Counted from the first letter of the stretch, positions 28,310-37,401 are shown. The stretch: DNA of 49,126 bases from Oscillospiraceae bacterium (GCA_015064545.1 SVSA01000003.1:1-49126); one strand, 5' to 3'. The notes: generated by a model not told the origin, from the sequence alone. Translations and numbers: made by a program.

Positions 28310-29215
28310 ATGAAAAAGACAATCCTCGCATTGACCCTCGCGCTTTCTCTTGTTCTTTCCTTTGCTGCGCTTACGGTTGCGGCAGAGGAGCCGATTGCCA
28401 TCTGCCAGTACGACGAGCATTCTGCTCCCGCGTACAAGGGCACCGGCTTGATCGCCAAGGCGACTGGTTCGGTTCTGGGTGAAAGCGGTACCTCGGTTTA
28501 CGCTAAGCCCTTTGCTGCTCAGGGCGGCTTTGATGCAACGGTAGCTTCCGGCCAGACCGGTACCCGTCGCTCCAAGCTGTATTCGCTTTCCTCCACCGTT
28601 CCTGCAGGCACCTACACGGTTGACATTTATTTGTATGACCGTGCCGGCATGCTGAAGGTGGAAGGCAACAACTTTGGTCTCATGCTGACGCTGCATGGTG
28701 CCGAGGTAACCGACGATACCCTTGACTACGCTTGGAATGAAGAAAGCCTGACCGCTTTTGTCGGCATGATTGAGCATACTGCCGGCACTCCCGAGCAGGA
28801 TCCCAGCCGCGGTGAGCTGGTAACCGACTACTTCAACTACAACGACGGCAACAAGGTTACCTTCACCAAGACCGAAGAAACCAAGCCCGGTACCAATGGA
28901 ACCACATGGATCAAGTATACCGCTGAGGTTACGCTGACCACGCCAGTTGCCAAGACCGCTTTCTGGCTCTATCAGTTTGATGCCGGTTATAAGTGTGTCA
29001 GTGGCGCTGACTTTGTGTTTATCGATGGCCTGACCATCACGCCCAAGGCCGCTCCCGAAACGCAGGCTCCTGTTACCCAGGCTCCCGCTACCCAGGCTCC
29101 CGCGACCTCGGATACGACTGTCGTTCCTCCGCAGGGTGATATGACCGCTGTCGTCGCTCTGATCGCTGTGATCGGCACGGCCGGTGTTGTCTTCGCTGCG
29201 AAGAAGAAGCACTAA
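28310..29215 (+). CDS. Surface protein (paralogue 2) with TQAPA linker and VVPPQGD-TM-KKKH tail
   Basis: Signal peptide MKKTILAL. Motifs GTRRSKLY, PAGTY, MLTLH, AFWLYQF, FIDG. RBS AAGGA. Confidence 0.85.
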   Translation: MKKTILALTLALSLVLSFAALTVAAEEPIAICQYDEHSAPAYKGTGLIAKATGSVLGESGTSVYAKPFAAQGGFDATVASGQTGTRRSKLYSLSSTVPAGTYTVDIYLYDRAGMLKVEGNNFGLMLTLHGAEVTDDTLDYAWNEESLTAFVGMIEHTAGTPEQDPSRGELVTDYFNYNDGNKVTFTKTEETKPGTNGTTWIKYTAEVTLTTPVAKTAFWLYQFDAGYKCVSGADFVFIDGLTITPKAAPETQAPVTQAPATQAPATSDTTVVPPQGDMTAVVALIAVIGTAGVVFAAKKKH

Positions 29216-29299
29216 GCAACTATTTTCCTTCCTCCGCCTCGGCGGAGGAAGGAATTGGATATCGGCGGTCTCTCTGCGTGAGGGGAGACTGCCGAATAC
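29042..29299 (+). repeat. Direct repeat copy A (linker, anchor and 3' UTR hairpins), near-identical to 30207..30479
   Basis: Aligned by eye from cccaaggccgctcccgaaacg to gccgaatac. Contains three 15-bp TQAP(A/V) units at 29060-29104. Confidence 0.92.
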
Positions 29300-29417
29300 C
29301 TCAGTAACGGTTGCCGTCTGTGGCCTTGTTGTTGCCAAGAACGCGGTATCCTCGTTTGTCCGATTTATGCCGATCGGCATAGAAAAATAAAAAAATTTTA
29401 GAAAGGAACTCCTCGAA

Positions 29418-30395
29418 ATGAAAAAGACTCTTCTCGCACTGATCCTCGCACTTTCCCTTGTGTTTGCTTGCACGGCTGTTCTCAGCGTTTCGGCTGAGGA
29501 AACCACAAGCTATCTTTGCAATTTCAGTACCTTTGGCGGTGGAGCTGCGAAAACCAGCTGGACCGGCGGTATGGTAGGCCGTACGGCGTATAACTATGAC
29601 AATGCTTCTTCCGGTAACGCCGTGTATGTTACCCCCAAGCTGGTGGGCGGTCTTGGCGACCACGAAACGAAGCTTACAACCTCCGCAGCTCTCTTTACCA
29701 ACGGTACGCGCAGAACCACCCTCTTTGCCTTTGACAAGACGGTTCCCGCCGGCACGTATACGATGACGGTTTGGGTTTGCGATACCAACAATTTCTTTGC
29801 GGAGACCTCCGAGCAGCGCCTTGGCCTTCTTCTGACCTTCCATGCGCCCAACATCATCGATGGCGCGGACAATTCTCCTACCAATGAGGAAGACGAGCTG
29901 TATCTCGACTGGAATGATACCGCTAAGACGAATGCGGCTGTCATGATCGCTGAAAATCTGGATGAAAGCCAGCTGCAGAATGTTTCTGACAAGGCGTTCC
30001 ATACCTGGAACGGCAACAAGTTCTCTATGACCAAGACCGAGGAATCGGTTACCACGGGTGCTAAGACCTGGTTTAAGTATACCGGTGATATTACCCTGAC
30101 TGCCGATTGCTCCAATGTGGCATTCTGGCTGTATCAGTGGTCGGGCTCGAACAATAAGGTTATGGGTGATTCCGCTCATATCTTTATTGACGACGTTGTT
30201 CTGACTCCCAAGGCCGCTCCCGAAACGCAGGCTCCCGCTACCCAGGCTCCCGCTACCCAGGCTCCTGCTACCCAGGCTCCCGCGACCTCGGATACGACTG
30301 TCGTTCCTCCGCAGGGTGATATGACGGCTGTCGTTGCTCTGATCGCTGTGATCGGTACGGCTGGTGTTGTCTTCGCTGCGAAGAAGAAGCACTAA
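29418..30395 (+). CDS. Surface protein (paralogue 3) with TQAPA linker and VVPPQGD-TM-KKKH tail
   Basis: Signal peptide MKKTLLAL. Motifs NGTRRTTLF, PAGTY, LLTFH, DWNDTAKT, AFWLYQW, FIDDV. Confidence 0.85.
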   Translation: MKKTLLALILALSLVFACTAVLSVSAEETTSYLCNFSTFGGGAAKTSWTGGMVGRTAYNYDNASSGNAVYVTPKLVGGLGDHETKLTTSAALFTNGTRRTTLFAFDKTVPAGTYTMTVWVCDTNNFFAETSEQRLGLLLTFHAPNIIDGADNSPTNEEDELYLDWNDTAKTNAAVMIAENLDESQLQNVSDKAFHTWNGNKFSMTKTEESVTTGAKTWFKYTGDITLTADCSNVAFWLYQWSGSNNKVMGDSAHIFIDDVVLTPKAAPETQAPATQAPATQAPATQAPATSDTTVVPPQGDMTAVVALIAVIGTAGVVFAAKKKH

Positions 30396-30479
30396 GCAAA
30401 TCTTATCCTTCCTCCGCCTCGGCGGAGTAAGGAATTTGATATCGGCGGCCTCTCTGCGTGAGGAGAGGATGCCGAATAC
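30207..30479 (+). repeat. Direct repeat copy B
   Basis: Same as 29042..29299 but with four 15-bp TQAPA units (30225-30284). Confidence 0.92.
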
Positions 30480-30503
30480 GTATTTGAAAGGATTATTTGA
30501 ACC

Positions 30504-31208
30504 ATGGAAAGAGTTGTATTTATTACCGGCGGTTCGTCGGGCTACGGAAAGGCAATGGCAAAGAAGTTTGTCGCTTCGGGCGATACCGTTATCATTGCCG
30601 CTCGCAATGAGGCCAAGCTGATGGCCGCGAAGGAAGAGGTTGGCGCTGCGGAGGCGCTCGTTATGGATGTCACCTCGGTGGCCGATTGGGAAAAGGCCTA
30701 TGCGCTGGTTGCTGAAAAATACGGTAAAATTGACGTTCTTGTCAACAATGCCGGTTCGGGCGTTGCCATCAAGGAGGTTGTCGATCAGTCGATCGAGGAT
30801 ATCGATTGGTGCATCAAGCTGAACCTCAACAGCGTGATCTACGGTTGCCGTCAGTTTGCGCCGATGATGAAGAAGCAGAAGGCGGGCACCATCATCAATA
30901 TTTCGACCGTCTGCGCTCGTCAGTGCTGGCCGGCTTGGAGCATTTATGCCGCCGCTAAGGCCGGTGTGCTCAATTTCTCCAAGGGTCTGTATACCGAGCT
31001 TCAGCCCGACAATATCCGTGTTACCTGTGTTATTCCTGCGGCCGCTTCGACCGGTTTCCAAGCCGGCTCCGGCATTGGCGAAGTGGATAACATTCTGTCG
31101 GTCGATGATATTGCCGATACGGTTCTCTATGTGGCCAATCTGCCGGCACGTGCCGTCGTGGAGGATGTCACGGTTTGGGGTATTGACCAGGTGGTTAATC
31201 CGCTGTAA
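30504..31208 (+). CDS. Short-chain dehydrogenase/reductase
   Basis: TGGSSGYG, VNNAG, YAAAK. Confidence 0.9.
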   Translation: MERVVFITGGSSGYGKAMAKKFVASGDTVIIAARNEAKLMAAKEEVGAAEALVMDVTSVADWEKAYALVAEKYGKIDVLVNNAGSGVAIKEVVDQSIEDIDWCIKLNLNSVIYGCRQFAPMMKKQKAGTIINISTVCARQCWPAWSIYAAAKAGVLNFSKGLYTELQPDNIRVTCVIPAAASTGFQAGSGIGEVDNILSVDDIADTVLYVANLPARAVVEDVTVWGIDQVVNPL

Positions 31209-31219
31209 GGACATTCATT

Positions 31220-31248
31220 AAGGGAGATCTGATTCGGTCTCCCTTTTT
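31220..31248 (+). terminator. Rho-independent terminator
   Basis: aagggagatctgattcggtctccc followed by ttttt. Confidence 0.8.
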
Positions 31249-31444
31249 GTGTGAAACAATATGCAAAGATTGTGTAAAAATATGCAGGCATTTCGCGCGC
31301 TATCGAGAGAGGCGGTTCGCTTTTTCCGGCGGCTTGACCTGTCGAAATATTGCACAAACTTCCGCTGTTATTATTATTTTTTATAGTCAACCCATTTATT
31401 TGTAAAAAAAGAAAAAATGTGTCGCTAAAGCGCAAAAATAGACA

Positions 31445-31473
31445 TTGACAACCAATTTTTTCTTGTGTATAAT
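31445..31473 (+). promoter_or_regulatory. Sigma-A promoter of the 31576..35553 operon
   Basis: TTGACA 31445-31450, 17 bp, TATAAT 31468-31473. Confidence 0.85.
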
Positions 31474-31575
31474 AAGAGGGATATCATGAATATTTTGCTT
31501 CGTGTGTCAATAACGGCATGACAGCCTTGCTTGACGCACGGTAGGGAATGTATTTATAACGTAAGGAGAAAATCT

Positions 31576-32337
31576 ATGGAGTCTTTTGCTTCTTATCTGC
31601 ACCGTTTTAAGGTGGCGGAAGGACAAATCGGCGTTTTTTGGCTCGGTCAGGCCGGCTTTGCTTTTAAGAGCGCGGGCGGCACGGTGATTGCTGTCGATCC
31701 GTACTATTCCGATTGCTGTAACCGCTATTTCGGTTTCCGCCGTCTGATCCCGTATCTGATGACACCGACCGATATTGAGTTTGATGCCATTGTTTGTTCG
31801 CATGCGCATTACGATCATTTTGATGTTGACGGCATTCCCCATGCGCTCAGTAATGGCAATACGCGCCTGATTTGCGCAACCGATTGCCTTGTGGAATGTG
31901 AGCGCTTGAATATTCACGATCGTATTACCACCCTTGCGCTTGGCGAAAGCACGGTCTGCGGCGATTTCACCATCACCGGTATGGCCTGTGATCACGGTGA
32001 GTTGGCTCCCGACGCCCTGGCTTTGCTTATCGAGTGCGACGGAAAGAAAATCTATCTGATGGGTGATACCTGCTTCCGCGCCGATCTTTTGGAAAATGAA
32101 GTGCTTCACGGCACCGATCTGTTAATCCTGCCGATTAACGGTGCCTTTGGTAATCTGAACGAGCGGGAGGGCGCTGAGGTATGTAAGCTGCTGAAGCCCA
32201 AGCTGGCGATTCCCTGCCATTTCGGTAACTTCGCCGAGCATGGCGGAAATCCCGGTCTGTATGCCGAAATTATGAAGACCGAGGTGCCTGAGGTTCCGTA
32301 TCGCCTGATGCGCGTTGGTGAAGGCATCCGTCTTTGA
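31576..32337 (+). CDS. Metallo-beta-lactamase-fold hydrolase, UlaG (sugar-phosphate lactonase)-like
   Basis: WLGQAGF, VDPY, SHAHYDHFD, MGDT, PING..GNL, IPCH. Confidence 0.85.
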   Translation: MESFASYLHRFKVAEGQIGVFWLGQAGFAFKSAGGTVIAVDPYYSDCCNRYFGFRRLIPYLMTPTDIEFDAIVCSHAHYDHFDVDGIPHALSNGNTRLICATDCLVECERLNIHDRITTLALGESTVCGDFTITGMACDHGELAPDALALLIECDGKKIYLMGDTCFRADLLENEVLHGTDLLILPINGAFGNLNEREGAEVCKLLKPKLAIPCHFGNFAEHGGNPGLYAEIMKTEVPEVPYRLMRVGEGIRL

Positions 32338-32375
32338 TTTTCATTTCCGAATGGAACGAAAGGATATAACACATT

Positions 32376-33419
32376 ATGAAAGCTTTAACCGTATACGGTC
32401 CCTATGATGCCTCCTACGGCGAGACTCCCATTCCTAAGGCTGAAGGCCGTTTTATGACGGTCAAGGTCGAACGTGCCGGACTCTGTGCGACCGATATTTC
32501 GATTTGGACCGGTAATTCCAGCTTTATCACCGATGGCCTGATCAAGTATCCCTGCCGTTTCGGTCACGAATGGGCCGGCACCGTTGTTGCTGTCGGCGAC
32601 GATGTCAAGGGATTCAAGGTCGGTGATCGCGTGTATTCGGACAGCGGTATTTCCTGCGGCGAATGTGCGGATTGCCAGGCCGGCCGTTATCACAAATGTC
32701 AGTATACCCGTTCGGTTGGCACGGTCAACTGCTGGGATGGTTGCTTTGCAGAATATATGAGTATTCCGGATTACAACGCGTATCATGTGCCGGATGCCAT
32801 CTCGTTTGATGAGGCAGCCTTGATTGAACCGCTCTCCATTTCGCTCGATGCCTTCCATAATGTCAAGGTCGGCGAGGACACAACCGCCGTTGTCATCGGC
32901 AGCGGCGCTATCGGTCTCGGTGCCGTTTGGGTTGCCAAGTATCTTGGCGTCGGCCGCGTCGTCTTTATCGGACGCAGCCCGCGCAAGATGGAGGTTGCCA
33001 AGCAGCTTGGCGCAGATATCCTCATTAACAGCAACGAGGTGGATCCCGTCGAAGAGGTCCGCAAGATGACAGGCGGTGCCGGCGCTGAGCTTGTGGTGGA
33101 AACCTCGGGCGCTTACAGCGCGCTGCTTCAGGCCTTGTACATGACGGCTAAGGACGGACGTGTTTCGATCCTCAGCTTCTACGAAAAGAATCTTGATAAT
33201 TTCCCGATGGATTATCTGGCGCTCAACCAGATCTCGGTTGTCGGCGGTGCCGGCCGTTACGGTAATCCCCAGCAGATCGCCGAAATTATGGCGACCTATT
33301 CGGTTAAGGCGACGCCGATTATCAGTCACCATATTGCCTTTGAGGACATGCATCAGTTCCTAAAGGATCTCGATCAGTATAAAAAGACCAAGATTAAGGT
33401 CATGATCGAGTTCAAATAA
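32376..33419 (+). CDS. Zinc-dependent medium-chain alcohol/polyol dehydrogenase
   Basis: GLCATD, GHE, CGECADC...C structural Zn site, GSGAIG. Confidence 0.9.
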   Translation: MKALTVYGPYDASYGETPIPKAEGRFMTVKVERAGLCATDISIWTGNSSFITDGLIKYPCRFGHEWAGTVVAVGDDVKGFKVGDRVYSDSGISCGECADCQAGRYHKCQYTRSVGTVNCWDGCFAEYMSIPDYNAYHVPDAISFDEAALIEPLSISLDAFHNVKVGEDTTAVVIGSGAIGLGAVWVAKYLGVGRVVFIGRSPRKMEVAKQLGADILINSNEVDPVEEVRKMTGGAGAELVVETSGAYSALLQALYMTAKDGRVSILSFYEKNLDNFPMDYLALNQISVVGGAGRYGNPQQIAEIMATYSVKATPIISHHIAFEDMHQFLKDLDQYKKTKIKVMIEFK

Positions 33420-33454
33420 AACAAAAACATTTATTTTTAAAGGAGATTTCTATC

Positions 33455-33874
33455 ATGGAAAAACTCAAGCCCACCGTTGTTGATGTTGCCAAGGTTATGC
33501 CCCTTACCTTTGGCCCCGACTACGACTCCCGTATGATCCTCGACCACGTGATCACCGGCCGCGACAATGTCATTCAGGTTAATCACGGTACGGTTAAGCC
33601 CCACTATGCTTTGGGTGGTGCCGCTCACGAGGAAGATGAGATCTACTACATTCTCTCCGGCCACGGCAAGTGCAAGCTCGATGACGAGGTTATCGACGTT
33701 TATCCCAATCAGATCATCTTCATTCCCGCCGGCGTGTTCCATGCTCTGGATAACTCTGAGAGCGACGAGGATCTGACGCTCCTCACCATGTGGCGTGACT
33801 ATCGCTACAACGATGCGTATGAAGCCCGTATGAATCTGTGGGGCAAGTCCTTCCGTACCATCGACGAAGAGTAA
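33455..33874 (+). CDS. Cupin-domain protein
   Basis: HEEDEIYYILSGHG...FIPAGVFHALDN. Confidence 0.85.
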   Translation: MEKLKPTVVDVAKVMPLTFGPDYDSRMILDHVITGRDNVIQVNHGTVKPHYALGGAAHEEDEIYYILSGHGKCKLDDEVIDVYPNQIIFIPAGVFHALDNSESDEDLTLLTMWRDYRYNDAYEARMNLWGKSFRTIDEE

Positions 33875-33894
33875 AATACGAAAGGAAACCCTAT

Positions 33895-34560
33895 ATGAAG
33901 CCGTTAAGTAAGTATGTTGACCATACGACGCTGAAGCCCTTTGGTACCAAGGAGATGGTGGAGCAGTTCTGCGCCGCTGCGATTGCCAATGATTTTGCTT
34001 CGGTATGTATCAATCCCTGTGACATTGCTTTGGCCAAGAGCCTTTTGGCCGGAACCGATATTAAGGTTTGCACCGTTATCGGTTTCCCGCTTGGCCGTAA
34101 CCTGACCGCTATCAAGGTTGCTGAGACCGAGGCCGCTTATGAGCTCGGCTGTGACGAGTTTGATATGGTCATCAATGTCGGTAAGCTGAAGGATCGCGAA
34201 TACGATTATGTCAGAGACGAAATTGCCGCCGTTGTAAAGGCCGCCAAAGGCCGTCTGGTTAAGGTGATTATCGAGACCGGACTTCTGACCGATGAAGAAA
34301 AGGTGATCGCGACCAAGCTCTCCTGCGAAGCCGGTGCCGGCTATGTCAAGACCTGCTCGGGCGTTTCTGCCGGTGTTGCTACCGTTGAGGATGTCGCGCT
34401 GATGAAGGCGAACTGCACGAATGGTGTCAAGGTGAAGGCTTCCTCCGGTATCCGTTGCTATGAGGATGCCAAGAAGCTGATTGATGCCGGTGCTGAGCGT
34501 CTCGGTACCTCGGCCGGTATCGTTATTCTCGAAGGCGCTAAGGCCGCAGGCGATCTTTGA
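33895..34560 (+). CDS. deoC: Deoxyribose-phosphate aldolase family
   Basis: DHTTLKP, SVCINP, TVIGFPLG, DMVIN, KVIIET, Schiff-base region YVKTCSG, RLGTS. Confidence 0.88.
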   Translation: MKPLSKYVDHTTLKPFGTKEMVEQFCAAAIANDFASVCINPCDIALAKSLLAGTDIKVCTVIGFPLGRNLTAIKVAETEAAYELGCDEFDMVINVGKLKDREYDYVRDEIAAVVKAAKGRLVKVIIETGLLTDEEKVIATKLSCEAGAGYVKTCSGVSAGVATVEDVALMKANCTNGVKVKASSGIRCYEDAKKLIDAGAERLGTSAGIVILEGAKAAGDL

Positions 34561-34617
34561 TTCTTCTCTGTCACAAGTAAGCGGCTCAATGAATATGATA
34601 CTGTAAGGAGAACCACT

Positions 34618-35553
34618 ATGGGAAAAGTTATTGGACCCGGCAGTCTGATTGTTGACGTTGCCGCATATGCCAAGCATTTGCCGGTAGACGGTGAAACCGT
34701 CATGGGAAGCTCGCTGAAGCTCGGCCCCGGCGGCAAGGGAAGCAACCAGCTGACCGCTGCCAAGCGCGCCGGTGCAGAAGCGATCATTATCGGTGCTGTC
34801 GGTACCGACAGTCTGTCGTCGATTCTGACCGATCATTATGCTCGTGAACAGATGTCCACGAAGTATATGAAGGTGTCGGAAACCTCCGCCACCGGTGCTG
34901 CTGTAATCGAGATTGACGAAATCTCGGGACAAAACCGAATCATTATCGCTTCGGGTGCCAGCATGGAGGTTGTCGGTGAGGATGTTCTCAAGGCTGAGGA
35001 GGATTTCGTGGACTGCGGCGTAGTTCTCTGCCAGTTTGAGACGAGTCTTGAATCGATTCTGGAAGCCAAGCGCCTTGCGAAGAAATACGACAAGCCGTTT
35101 ATCCTGAATCCCGCGCCCTTTATGCCGGTGCCGGAAGAGGTCTTTGACGGGGTTGACTATCTGACGCCCAATGAGACCGAGGCCGAGTTCTTTACCGGTG
35201 TTCACATCGATACCATCGAGGACGCAAAGCGTGCCGCCGAGATTCTGCTTGCCAAGGGCGTAAAGAAGGTCATTCTGACGCTCGGCAAGAAGGGATCCTT
35301 CTATTATGACGGCGAGCATGAGCTGCATTTGCCTTGTCTGCCCTTGAAGGCGGTTGACACAACCGGTGCCGGTGATGCCTTTAGCGGTGCTTTGGCCGCG
35401 GCAATTTCGGAGGGCCTTGATGATGAGACGGCGCTCAAGTTTGCTACCTGTACCTCGAATATTTCGGTAACCAGAAAGGGCAGCTCGCCCTCGATGCCTT
35501 ACCGTCATGAGATTCTTGCGTTGATGAAAGAATCGTACGGGATCGAGCTTTAA
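34618..35553 (+). CDS. rbsK: Ribokinase (PfkB family)
   Basis: GGKGSNQ, LNPAP, TPNETE, VDTTGAGDAF. Confidence 0.85.
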   Translation: MGKVIGPGSLIVDVAAYAKHLPVDGETVMGSSLKLGPGGKGSNQLTAAKRAGAEAIIIGAVGTDSLSSILTDHYAREQMSTKYMKVSETSATGAAVIEIDEISGQNRIIIASGASMEVVGEDVLKAEEDFVDCGVVLCQFETSLESILEAKRLAKKYDKPFILNPAPFMPVPEEVFDGVDYLTPNETEAEFFTGVHIDTIEDAKRAAEILLAKGVKKVILTLGKKGSFYYDGEHELHLPCLPLKAVDTTGAGDAFSGALAAAISEGLDDETALKFATCTSNISVTRKGSSPSMPYRHEILALMKESYGIEL

Positions 35554-35568
35554 TACGTGTTTTGTTTG

Positions 35569-35600
35569 TGCGGCAAGCCTGGCGGCTTGCCGCATTTTTT
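35569..35600 (+). terminator. Rho-independent terminator
   Basis: tgcggcaagcc-tggc-ggcttgccgca followed by tttttt. Confidence 0.85.
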
Positions 35601-35734
35601 GTTTTCGCTTGGCTTTGCTGCATAAAAGTATGCAAAATATGGGGCATATTGCACAAAAACCTTCATGGCGCTTGGTTCAAATAACCAAAAAGAGAAGAGA
35701 AATGTGTCGAATTGTCAAAAAGAGCAAAAAACAC

Positions 35735-35763
35735 TTGATTTTTTTCGAAGTTTATGGTAAAAT
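35735..35763 (+). promoter_or_regulatory. Extended -10 sigma-A promoter of the M23 gene
   Basis: TTGATT, 17 bp, TAAAAT with a TG extension. Confidence 0.55.
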
Positions 35764-35813
35764 GATAAGCGGTTCAGTATGCCATGAGATCATGACGAAA
35801 GGAGGCGTTTCCC

Positions 35814-37256
35814 ATGCAGATAAAAACGAAGGCATCGGCCTATATCAAACGGCATATTTCCGCGTTGATTGGCTGGATGCTGGCTTTGGTCTGTCTTGCG
35901 GCAGGCGTCACCTGTATTGCTTCGGTTGCGGGACGTGAGCTGTCGCTTGTCCTTTGTGTGGACGGGGAGCCTGTCTGTCAGGTGGAAAGCCGTTCCGTTG
36001 TGGACGAGGCGATCCGCGTTCTTGACGAGCGTCTTATGGCAAACGGTATTACCGATTTGGATTTGGCATACGAGCTTTCCTATTGTCTATCCGACAAGGC
36101 AACCGTTTCCAAGGCCGATGTCGATGCCTGCGTGGAGCTTCTGTATTCGCGTTCGGTGAATAGTTATGTCCGCGGCTACGTGATTGCGGTCGAGGGCATT
36201 GAAATTGCGGCGTGTGCCACCTATGCCGAGGCCGAAGAGGTTGTAAATGCCTTTAAGAAGCACATTGTCGAGCAGGTGCAGGCCTCTCACGGCGATGGTA
36301 AGGGCGAGCAGATTGAGCTGACGACCGAGTTTGAAATTCGCTCGGTTTTCTGCAAGCGCGACCGCATCGCAACGGCAGAGGATATTAGCCGTGTGATGAT
36401 CAACGCCGGCGGTACGTACGATCCCGATTCTGCCGATGGGATTTCGGATAGCCGCGTAACGGCGAACGGAAGCCTTTCTATTCTGTATGCCGATAAGAAT
36501 CTCGATTTCGGCTTGATTAAAAACGAGATTCAAGCCCCCCTGCCCGAGAACGATTTTTCGTTTAACATGAGCGGCCTTAACTCGGCCATTGAATATAAGA
36601 CGGTCATTATTGAAACCTATTCGGAGATTATTGGTTACGAGACCGTCTACCTCGAAAGTGCCGATCTCTATTTGGGCGAAACAGCGATTCAATACCCCGG
36701 CGAAAACGGCCTGGCCGAAAATGTCTATGAGGTATCTTATATCGATGGCGTCGAGGTGTCGCGTCGCTTGGTTTCTTCGACCGTGATTTCACAGCCCAAG
36801 GCACGTGTGGAGCTGATCGGAACCAAGGAACAGCCGTCCACCGAGCCGACGGGGGCCTTTATGTGGCCGGTTAATGTCAATTTTGTCATTACCTCCTACT
36901 TTGGCTCTTACCGCCACCAGTTTGACGCGCCCGGTACCTCCCATTACGGCTTGGATATTGCCGGTATGCGGATCGGTACGCCGATCTATGCCGCTGACGG
37001 CGGTACGGTCATTTTTGCCGGATCCAACGGCAGTTACGGTATTATGGTAAAAATTCGCCATGAGGATGGCGTGGAAACCTATTATGCGCATATGCGCCGC
37101 GCCATGGTTAAGGTTGGCGATAAGGTCTATAAGGGTCAGCAGATCGGCGAGATCGGTATGACCGGTGTTACGACAGGCCCTCACGTCCATTTTGAGGTGC
37201 GGATCGGCGGCAAGCCCGTCAATCCTCTCTACTATCTCCCCTCAAGCAAATCCTAA
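35814..37256 (+). CDS. M23-family peptidoglycan endopeptidase with G5 domain and N-terminal TM
   Basis: HYGLD, YYAH and GPHVHFEVR (HxxxD/HxH). G5-like segment GENG...YIDG.EVSR...IGTK. Confidence 0.9.
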   Translation: MQIKTKASAYIKRHISALIGWMLALVCLAAGVTCIASVAGRELSLVLCVDGEPVCQVESRSVVDEAIRVLDERLMANGITDLDLAYELSYCLSDKATVSKADVDACVELLYSRSVNSYVRGYVIAVEGIEIAACATYAEAEEVVNAFKKHIVEQVQASHGDGKGEQIELTTEFEIRSVFCKRDRIATAEDISRVMINAGGTYDPDSADGISDSRVTANGSLSILYADKNLDFGLIKNEIQAPLPENDFSFNMSGLNSAIEYKTVIIETYSEIIGYETVYLESADLYLGETAIQYPGENGLAENVYEVSYIDGVEVSRRLVSSTVISQPKARVELIGTKEQPSTEPTGAFMWPVNVNFVITSYFGSYRHQFDAPGTSHYGLDIAGMRIGTPIYAADGGTVIFAGSNGSYGIMVKIRHEDGVETYYAHMRRAMVKVGDKVYKGQQIGEIGMTGVTTGPHVHFEVRIGGKPVNPLYYLPSSKS

Positions 37257-37260
37257 GACA

Positions 37261-37295
37261 AAGTCCAATCTTTCTTACGGGAGATTGGGCTTTTT
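37261..37295 (+). terminator. Rho-independent terminator
   Basis: aagtccaatctttc..gggagattgggc followed by ttttt. Confidence 0.7.
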
Positions 37296-37401
37296 CGATG
37301 TTTTTACGGGTTTTCTTGCGGTTGATCGGGGGAATACGAGCGTATACGCAACTTGCATACAAGAGTAAAAGAAAATTATTAAATATTTTTGCAAATAATC
37401 G

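Noticed and set aside
29042-30479. Repeats considered as a CRISPR array or IS ends
   Set aside because: The 15-bp units are in-frame coding repeats without spacers. I saw no cas genes, transposase, terminal inverted repeats or target duplications.
31576-32337. MBL-fold gene as a beta-lactamase
   Set aside because: It has no signal peptide, and its UlaG-like motifs and sugar-catabolic context point to a lactonase or hydrolase.
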